NCBI GenBank assembly: GCA_048563625.1
Contig: JBHNNM010000002.1
Span: forward strand, 5,483-69,482
Source: Gammaproteobacteria bacterium
GTDB taxonomy: Bacteria; Pseudomonadota; Gammaproteobacteria; GRL18
Reading direction: 5' to 3'
DNA length: 64,000 nucleotides
Below are positions 54,738 through 61,032 of the stretch, piece by piece (positions within the stretch are counted from its first letter, which is position 1; every line of letters starts with the position of its first letter). A program made the position numbers and the translations under genes. Below the pieces are notes generated by a model, which saw only the letters and a list, made by a program, of their open reading frames with translations, had not been told where the DNA came from and made no database searches.

Positions 54738-55629
54738 TCGACTGGAAGCGGCCATAGAGCGGTTCTGTGCCCACCTGTCGGCCGAAAACAAAGCGGCCGG
54801 GACCGTGACCGCATACCGTCGTGATCTGCGACTGGTGGCCTGTGTGGCCGAATCCTTCCAGCCCGGGCTCTTCTGCCAAGACGTTACACCCGGCCTGCTT
54901 GACCGGGCTTTATCTTCGCCAGAGCTTTTAACCACAGACTCGGGACCAAGGTCACCGGCATCGGTGCATCGGTTGAAAGCGGCGGTTCGTTCCTTCTTCA
55001 CATGGACAAGCGATTCGGGGCTTACATCTGAAAACCCGGCCCGGGCGGTTCGCATGAAAAGGCTGGCGCAGAAGCCGCCGGTGTTTCTTACGACTTCAGA
55101 AAAGAAGGCGCTGCTGAAAGAGGTGAAAGGCCGAACGGGTTTTGCCGGAATGCGGGATCGGGTCATGATCGAAGTCCTGCTCGGCACCGGCATCCGTATC
55201 GGTGAGCTCGAGGCGCTGGACACGGACGATATCGATCTCGATGCAAAGCACCTGAGAGTCAGAGCCAAAGGGAATGTGGTGCAGGTCAAGTTCATAAAAA
55301 CCGACCTCCGCATCCTGCTGAAAAGATATTTGAAAGAACGATCCCGGCAAAGCACAGCGCCATGTAGCGCACTGTTTCTGTCCAATAGAGGAACACGTCT
55401 TTGCCAGAGGCAGATAGCCAACCGGATAGCCTTGTGGCTAAGGAAGGCCGGAATTGAAAAGAACCTGACTCCGCATGGGCTAAGGCATACGTTTGCAACC
55501 CACCTTTACGGAGCCACCGGTGACCTGCTTGTCGTGCAGAGGGCGCTGGGGCACCGGGACATTTCAACGACCCAGATTTACACCCACCTTGTCGATGGTC
55601 AGCTCGAGGATGCGCTCGAACGACTTTGA
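54721..55629 (+). CDS. Tyrosine recombinase (XerC/XerD-like)
   Basis: 302 aa. TGIRIGEL (Arg), HGLRHTFATHL (H-x-x-R), LGHRDISTTQIYTH (His, Tyr). Confidence 0.85.
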   Translation: MPNSSDRLEAAIERFCAHLSAENKAAGTVTAYRRDLRLVACVAESFQPGLFCQDVTPGLLDRALSSPELLTTDSGPRSPASVHRLKAAVRSFFTWTSDSGLTSENPARAVRMKRLAQKPPVFLTTSEKKALLKEVKGRTGFAGMRDRVMIEVLLGTGIRIGELEALDTDDIDLDAKHLRVRAKGNVVQVKFIKTDLRILLKRYLKERSRQSTAPCSALFLSNRGTRLCQRQIANRIALWLRKAGIEKNLTPHGLRHTFATHLYGATGDLLVVQRALGHRDISTTQIYTHLVDGQLEDALERL

Positions 55630-55709
55630 TCGCATCCTTGATCTGAACATTCGGAGCGGCTCCTGCTGCTCCTTTCTCGTTCCCGGGCCGCATATTCAAA
55701 TTGCAGCAT

Positions 55710-55816
55710 ATGCCGTTATGCGCGAACAAGGCCATACAGGCCACTTTGGGATTTATGGTGTTATGTGCGCATAAGCCAATAAAGTTGATTTTCTTGTGTA
55801 TGGTCTTATGCGCACA
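55710..55816 (+). repeat. Three direct repeats ATGSYSTTATGYGCGMA with an exact 45-bp period; candidate recombinase binding sites
   Basis: Copies at 55710-55726, 55755-55771 and 55800-55816. The middle copy contains the palindrome TTATGTGCGCATAA, whose TGTGCGCATAA resembles the XerC arm of dif. Confidence 0.6.
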
Positions 55817-55940
55817 GGATTGGAGGGAACCGATGCTGAAGCGATGGTTCGCATCTTCGATTCGAGAAATTTTATTTAACTGAAATTTCCGGGAACACGT
55901 CTTATCTGAAATTCCTGTCATCGTGAGCCTCCATAACTGC

Positions 55941-56579
55941 CTAATCCTTCGCGCTCTTTCTTTTCGATGCTCTGGTGTTATCTGAACTTTTTTTCGGCTT
56001 TTTGCGCTCCGCATCCTGCTCTGCGCCCTTCGGGCTCCCTTTGGTCGCTCTCTCCGCACGTCCTGTGCTCCGAGTCACGGAAGCGGTCTTCTGGGCGGCG
56101 GCTTCACTCACTTTTTCAAGAAGAGCGGAGGCCCATTCGGCCGGAGAGGTCTGCGGACCTTTCGGTTCCTCACCCTCGCGGGCAATCTTGGTGGTCTTGA
56201 GATCCTTCATGTGGCAGCGGATCATCCGGTCGAGACTCTCGGCTGCCTGTGTGTTTCCCTCGATCTGAGCGCGGACCAGCTTCACCGAGTAGATGCCCAC
56301 CAGCTCGACCTGCAGGAAGTCGCTGGATTTGTTGAACTGAAAATCCTCGTGGAGCTTTTCTATGATGCTGTCGAACATGACCTTTTCTTCCGGAGTCAGG
56401 CAGCGGTCGGCAAAGATGCCATGCTTGAGCGTCCGAAGGTTTCCTTCTTTATCTCCAGCCTTGCTCTTTGCTTCTTCATGATCTGTTGGCCCCTGATTAC
56501 GGTGCCAACGATCCAGATTCTGTTCTTCTTTTTTTGTCACGCCCAAGGCTTGTCTCCGGTTTATCAATTTTGTTTCCAA
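55941..56579 (-). CDS. Putative terminase small subunit / DNA-packaging protein
   Basis: 212 aa. GNLRTLKHGIFADRCLTPEE resembles small-terminase N-termini; basic C-terminal tail. TTG start, poorly supported. Confidence 0.4.
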   Translation of the reverse strand: METKLINRRQALGVTKKEEQNLDRWHRNQGPTDHEEAKSKAGDKEGNLRTLKHGIFADRCLTPEEKVMFDSIIEKLHEDFQFNKSSDFLQVELVGIYSVKLVRAQIEGNTQAAESLDRMIRCHMKDLKTTKIAREGEEPKGPQTSPAEWASALLEKVSEAAAQKTASVTRSTGRAERATKGSPKGAEQDAERKKPKKSSDNTRASKRKSAKD

Positions 56580-56633
56580 AAGTCGGGGTTCGGGGCGGAA
56601 GGCAGATTTAGCCCGTTTTCCCGCACCTCAAGC

Positions 56634-56666
56634 CTTACATACCGGAAGAGTCCTCAACCTGTCGGG
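56634..56666 (-). promoter_or_regulatory. Conserved 33-bp motif, copy G, upstream of the TerS-like gene (overlaps the Mor-like stop)
   Basis: CTTACATACCGGAAGAGTCCTCAACCTGTCGGG. Confidence 0.45.
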
Positions 56667-56910
56667 CATCGGTTTCTTTTCTGTGGTCCGCAAGGATCTG
56701 ATTGACCCGGCGACGTGTGATACCGGCGAGGCTGGCAATTTCATCAGTTTCGATTCCCTGACTTTTCAGGGCGATAACCAGCTGTCTGCGCTCCTTGTAA
56801 AAACTGCCCGGCGCTGGAATCCAAAGAATGCCGGAATGATACTTCTGTACCTCCTTGAGCAGCTCTCTCGGGAGGATGTGTTCGGCATTGGCGTATTTTT
56901 TAATGCTCAT
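56635..56910 (-). CDS. Mor/C-family-like transcriptional activator (CD3324-like)
   Basis: 91 aa. AEHILPRELLKEVQKYHSGILWIPAP ... EIASLAGITRRRVNQIL. Confidence 0.6.
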   Translation of the reverse strand: MSIKKYANAEHILPRELLKEVQKYHSGILWIPAPGSFYKERRQLVIALKSQGIETDEIASLAGITRRRVNQILADHRKETDARQVEDSSGM

Positions 56911-57688
56911 GGTTACTCTCCACTTTCTTCAACCAAGGCTGCGGAACATCCGGGTTGTGAAACCTGAGCGTGCTGGGACGCGGCGTATCCGGGCTGTGGA
57001 TGATTTCGATATATCTTTCCGTCACGGCACCGATCTTCCGGTCACCGCCGACAAAGCAGACCAACCCGTAATCCTGACCGCAGGGGAAGCGGTATCGTCC
57101 CTGATTCTGGTATAACCTGGCCTCAGACCATTTCCGGGACATGGCTTCCTCCTTGATGGCATCAACCTTGGCCAATGCGTCGGAGCTGACTTGCTCTATA
57201 CAATTCCAAGCTTCGTTTGGCGGATAAATCCAGTTGTTCTTGGGAGGTTCTGCAGGTTTCTCAGGTTTTGCCGGGATATGGCGGGGAGCTTGGTAATTTT
57301 GTGGGCTGAGCTGGCGGGATGCCTCCTGTAGAGAGTCCTTGCCGAATTTCTGGACCGCGTATTCCTGAAGCGGGTTGAACCTGCTTTTCAGGCTTTCCCA
57401 TGTCGTTTCAGGAAGCTTACCGGCTTTGAAAGCGGACTGGGCTGCCAGCATGCGGGACCGGAGCCATGCGAAATACTCCGGTTCGAGACGTCGATAGATT
57501 TTGCCGTTGTATTCAGCATCGCTGGCGGACGTAACTGCCCACTCGAATTGTGCGGTGTCCAGATCGGTGGATACAAAAAGCTCGGGCTCCGGTGTGCAGG
57601 TGTCGTTTTCAGTTGGCTGCGGAGCTTGTTCGGAAGGCTCACACTCAGGGGAATCGAGATGCGTGAGCATGGTTTGTAAAAGGCTCAT
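56900..57688 (-). CDS. Hypothetical phage early/middle protein
   Basis: 262 aa. ATG with a GGAGG SD, downstream of motif copy E. Confidence 0.5.
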   Translation of the reverse strand: MSLLQTMLTHLDSPECEPSEQAPQPTENDTCTPEPELFVSTDLDTAQFEWAVTSASDAEYNGKIYRRLEPEYFAWLRSRMLAAQSAFKAGKLPETTWESLKSRFNPLQEYAVQKFGKDSLQEASRQLSPQNYQAPRHIPAKPEKPAEPPKNNWIYPPNEAWNCIEQVSSDALAKVDAIKEEAMSRKWSEARLYQNQGRYRFPCGQDYGLVCFVGGDRKIGAVTERYIEIIHSPDTPRPSTLRFHNPDVPQPWLKKVESNHEH

Positions 57689-57725
57689 GGGTGACCTCCG
57701 GAAGTTCGGGTTTATTTTTCTTCCC

Positions 57726-57758
57726 GTTACTTACCGGAGCCGGAGCCTGAGTGTCGGA
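57726..57758 (-). promoter_or_regulatory. Conserved 33-bp motif, copy E, upstream of the 262-aa gene / Mor-like operon
   Basis: GTTACTTACCGGAGCCGGAGCCTGAGTGTCGGA, immediately next to the GTAGAAAGG repeat cluster. Confidence 0.5.
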
Positions 57759-57760
57759 TG

Positions 57761-58081
57761 GTAGAAAACGTAGAAAGGGGTTTCTACGCCCAGAGACCTT
57801 TCTACACCCCCTTTCTACATCTCTTAACAGTTGTAATAGCAGTTAGTTATAGATATTTTTGTGGAAAGTGTAGAAAGGTATAGAAATATTACTCACGCAT
57901 AGCCCGTTTTTTTCACACATGCCTTCATCCCATGATTTAAAAAAATTGAATAGTAAGGGGGAGTAACCTCTGAAATCTTTCTACACTTTCTACGCTTGCC
58001 GCGTAACGCCATAAATAACAGTAACTTGCGCTGTAGAAAGGTGCTCTCTGGACATTCTACATTGTAGAAAGGTCTTTCTAC
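57761..58081. repeat. Cluster of about 12 copies of GTAGAAAGG/CCTTTCTAC in both orientations (iterons or operators), flanking an AT-rich stretch
   Basis: Forward copies at 57761, 57770, 57870, 58033 and 58064. Reverse copies at 57781, 57797, 57810, 57976, 57985, 58054 and 58073. Inverted pairs at 57770-57787 and 58064-58081. The AT-rich tract is around 57905-57955. Confidence 0.75.
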
Positions 58082-58100
58082 ACCGGCTGCCTTTGTAATG

Positions 58101-58210
58101 ATTTTTGCAGACAGATGCCGGTTTCTAATCTTTTTTGCAGCGTGATAACTGTTTTACCAGCCAACCCTCGATTTATAATCGTTTTACCAGCGGAATAACA
58201 GTTTTGCCAA
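58101..58210. repeat. Five helically phased copies of TTTTRC(C)AG, three embedded in a 16-bp direct repeat ATAAYNGTTTTRCCAR
   Basis: TTTTTGCAG at 58102-58110 and 58132-58140. ATAACTGTTTTACCAG at 58145-58160, ATAATCGTTTTACCAG at 58175-58190, ATAACAGTTTTGCCAA at 58195-58210. Spacings are 30/20/30/20 bp. Confidence 0.6.
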
Positions 58211-58226
58211 AATCGGCCGGGCATAT

Positions 58227-58261
58227 AAACAAAAAGCCCGCAGATGTGAATCCACGGGCTT
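58227..58261 (-). terminator. Rho-independent terminator after the AbiL-like cassette
   Basis: Stem AAGCCCG (58234-58240) / CGGGCTT (58255-58261). On the minus strand it is followed by TTTTGTTTAT. Confidence 0.65.
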
Positions 58262-58285
58262 CAATGAGATATGATTGTTTGAAAA

Positions 58286-58534
58286 TCAGCGTTTTTTGTT
58301 GGACTGAGACAAAATGGAGCCTGCCAGTGATTTTGTCGTATCGTTGTATTTTGAGCTCTGCAGAACTTTTGATGCGACATCTTCCATCTCCGCACCCGTC
58401 TGATGCTTGGACTTTGATTGTGACAGTGCAGATCCAGCCAAGGACTTTTGGATCTGGGAGGCATTCTGGTCTTTGAGAATATCAGAAGCCATTGAAGCGA
58501 TTTGTTTTGATGTTTGTTTCTTGTTATTTGCCAT
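58286..58534 (-). CDS. Small hydrophilic protein with an internal tandem repeat (…KSLAGSxLSQS… twice)
   Basis: 82 aa, GAGGAG SD. Last gene before the terminator. Confidence 0.5.
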   Translation of the reverse strand: MANNKKQTSKQIASMASDILKDQNASQIQKSLAGSALSQSKSKHQTGAEMEDVASKVLQSSKYNDTTKSLAGSILSQSNKKR

Positions 58535-58755
58535 TTGAATATCTCCTCATGTTATTGATCACTTTGAGATTCCAGTATGTTTTCAACCAGTTTATAGACG
58601 GTCGTTCCTGTAATTCGCGGCCAGTCACCGTAAGGCGGGTTGTCCCGTTGTCTGGCCCTCCTGATGGCATCTGCAATCATCGTGTCCGATATTTTCCTGA
58701 CATCGATACCTTTGTCGTAACCGGGAAGATGGCGCTCCAGTTTTTGTGAACATAT

Positions 58756-59157
58756 CTAGGAACTGTTGACGCCGCCGCCATCCTCGAAATGCAGAAGAAG
58801 CCAGAATTCAAACTTCGGATTACTGAGTGCAAACCCATAGTTATCCGCTTGCTGGGACCATTGATGCAGCTGGGACAGTTGTTCGTCAGTCCATTGGTCT
58901 TTGTCGACCACCAGCCATGCTTCATCCGACTTTTTCAATCCTTCCTTTTTCAGGTGCTTTTCCATTCTGGCAAGCACCTGAGGCGGCGAACTGTCGTGTT
59001 TACCCTTTAGACAATTCACCCGAATGACGGAATTTTGATCGTTGAATACAGCAAAGTACTGCGGCTCTGTTTTAATGCCTTCAACAGCCAGTATGAACAT
59101 CTTCCGATAACGGCGTTCACCCAGCGGACGACTGAATTTTCTTCTTTTGGGAGGCAT
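58756..59157 (-). CDS. RloB-like (AbiLii-like) protein, ending at an in-frame TAG; homology continues to TAA 58552
   Basis: [15 protein letters not shown] ... WLVVDKDQW ... [19 protein letters not shown] is the RloB pattern. After the TAG the same frame reads ICSQKLERHLPGYDKGIDVRKISDTMIADAIRRAR... ATGA overlap with the ATPase stop. Confidence 0.7.
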   Translation of the reverse strand: MPPKRRKFSRPLGERRYRKMFILAVEGIKTEPQYFAVFNDQNSVIRVNCLKGKHDSSPPQVLARMEKHLKKEGLKKSDEAWLVVDKDQWTDEQLSQLHQWSQQADNYGFALSNPKFEFWLLLHFEDGGGVNSS

Positions 59158-60485
59158 CAGTCATCCTCCTTTCGATTCATCAGAGCATTACTTAAAAGAA
59201 TTCTGGGCACGCCTCCCAACCTTCCTTGGAGATAGCTTTTACGGATATCCTTGTCATACCGGACATCTTTATAGTCGCTGAATGAAAGAAGCTCGGAGCT
59301 GCCTTTTCGGTTCCTTTCAGCCACCCACATTTCATCCCGCCGGAAAAGCCCTTGATCCATCAGAAGAACATCGTGGGTGGTTATTAGCAGCTGCGCCCGG
59401 CTGTCAGTGCTGCAGTTTGCCAGATATGCTTCGATGAGTTGCCGTGTCAGCAGGGAATGAAGGCTTCGGTCAACCTCATCGATGACATACACTTTTTTGG
59501 AACTGGTGGCCGAGACTTCAAGAAAAGCCGGTAGCAGATCAATTACTCTTTGCGAGCCGTCCGATTCCTGGCGGATGTCAAATTTGGCTTCGGTTCCGTC
59601 GTTTCTTGTATGAAATGTAACCAACTTTTTGGCAACCAGCTCACCAGCTTTCCTTGTAATGATAAACCGCTCGTTTGTCGGTGAAGCAAGAAAGCGGATG
59701 GTCATGCCTTCCTTGACGTCTTCCTGTAGCTTGCTTTTGAAGCTTTCCGGAAATGGAATGTTTTCGAAGGGAATTTCCTCTCCGCCGAGATGGGAAATAC
59801 CGGTGTCCAGCTGTGGCAGCATCTCATTCATGGTGCTGTACAGAGGATGGCCTTCATCAAGAAAATGTTCAAAAGGTTCAAATCTAGAGTCTGGCGCGAT
59901 CAGCTCCAGCGTGTCCTTGAACCAGTCATAAACAGGTCGGAAAATATCAACCTTCTGAGACACCGAATTTGTCAGAAACAACTGATTGTCACGCGTTCCT
60001 TTAAACGCAAAATGCAGGAACTGATCCTTGTCGAGGCTTGGGTCGAAATTCGGTGCGTCTCCCTGCCGGTCATATAAAACCTTTTCGCTGGTGCTTGTGA
60101 TTTGAACCAGTTTTTCCTCTACAACCGCCTTTATGGTGACAGCAAAACTGAATTCATAGATGATTTCATCGATCAGCAATTCCAGCCTGAAGCGGGAAGG
60201 CTTCTCGATACTGGCGCTGTCCAGTCGGTATGGTTCAACGGGGATAAGGCTATCAGGACCGCTGCCTCTTAAAACCAGCCCTTTGACAAAGCTCAACGCC
60301 TTGAAAAAATTGGTCTTCCCGGATGCGTTACCTCCGTAGATCGCAGCAACCGGCAAAATTCTTGTCTGATATTTGGCAACCTTGGGAACTCGGTCTCCAT
60401 GCTGCCTTTCTCTGCTGGCAACCATGGAAAAGGAGACCGAGTCACGAAAGGACATCCAGTTTTCAATTGAAAAACTTATTATCAT
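59157..60485 (-). CDS. AAA_15/AAA_21-type ABC-like ATPase (AbiLi-like)
   Basis: 442 aa. Walker [16 protein letters not shown], Walker [14 protein letters not shown]-loop [11 protein letters not shown]. Confidence 0.7.
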   Translation of the reverse strand: MIISFSIENWMSFRDSVSFSMVASRERQHGDRVPKVAKYQTRILPVAAIYGGNASGKTNFFKALSFVKGLVLRGSGPDSLIPVEPYRLDSASIEKPSRFRLELLIDEIIYEFSFAVTIKAVVEEKLVQITSTSEKVLYDRQGDAPNFDPSLDKDQFLHFAFKGTRDNQLFLTNSVSQKVDIFRPVYDWFKDTLELIAPDSRFEPFEHFLDEGHPLYSTMNEMLPQLDTGISHLGGEEIPFENIPFPESFKSKLQEDVKEGMTIRFLASPTNERFIITRKAGELVAKKLVTFHTRNDGTEAKFDIRQESDGSQRVIDLLPAFLEVSATSSKKVYVIDEVDRSLHSLLTRQLIEAYLANCSTDSRAQLLITTHDVLLMDQGLFRRDEMWVAERNRKGSSELLSFSDYKDVRYDKDIRKSYLQGRLGGVPRILLSNALMNRKEDD

Positions 60486-60528
60486 CTTACAGTCTCCTTG
60501 TGAGAAATTAGCTCATTAAACACTATTC

Positions 60529-60557
60529 AATATACTGGTGTGATCTGTAATTGTCAA
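60529..60557 (-). promoter_or_regulatory. Sigma70-type promoter for the AbiL-like cassette (TTGACA-17 nt-TATATT)
   Basis: The minus strand reads TTGACAattacagatcacaccagTATATT, about 40 nt upstream of AAGGAG-N8-ATG of the ATPase. The intergenic region is AT-rich. Confidence 0.65.
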
Positions 60558-60582
60558 ACCTAATGAGATATTTTCTCGTTAT

Positions 60583-61020
60583 TCAAGGCTTTACTGATTG
60601 GATGCTGTAGAGTTTGGTTCCGTAACGTTTCTGGCTGATGACAACATCGAATCCTGCCTCGCGGATGGTTTCAAGGTCGTTGGCAAAGCGCTGGGCAAAC
60701 TGCCTCGGCGAATCCATTTCAAAGCGCAGGCCGAAATCTCTGGCCACGCGTTTGAGTGCCACAAACAGTTCCCGGGACAATACCTCCTTGAGACAGCCAT
60801 CTTCTTCAGGCTGCACCTGATAGCGGGCTGCAAACTCCTGAATGTGGTCAACCCTGCGATCGTTGTACATGTCTTTCCGGTCGGCCTCCACGGCGGTTCG
60901 CCATGCCTTGAACAAGGTAGCAAGCGCGGTCGCCGTATGATTCGATTCCCGGGCGGTTTCACGACTGGTCTGGTTGATGGTCTGGATCTGCTGCTTGAAC
61001 GCCGGTGCCAGAGTCGACAT
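60583..61020 (-). CDS. Hypothetical protein, in frame with the primase-helicase across TAG plus 4 codons
   Basis: 145 aa with a weak SD. Could be an independent gene or the C-terminal domain of the replication protein. Confidence 0.45.
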   Translation of the reverse strand: MSTLAPAFKQQIQTINQTSRETARESNHTATALATLFKAWRTAVEADRKDMYNDRRVDHIQEFAARYQVQPEEDGCLKEVLSRELFVALKRVARDFGLRFEMDSPRQFAQRFANDLETIREAGFDVVISQKRYGTKLYSIQSVKP

Positions 61021-61032
61021 TCCCTGTTCGAT

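Noticed and set aside
54126-55421. 431-aa minus-strand ORF across the recombinase cassette
   Set aside because: It is antisense to the plus-strand tyrosine recombinase, which has the full R/H-x-x-R/H/Y catalytic set. Only its last ~54 codons (54126-54290) could be a small TM protein, and that candidate lacks an SD.
55701-55883. 60-aa plus-strand ORF with repeated peptide MPLCANK/MVLCAHK/MVLCAQD
   Set aside because: The peptide repeat is simply the translation of the three 45-bp-phased DNA repeats. There is no SD. It is better explained as protein-binding DNA sites.
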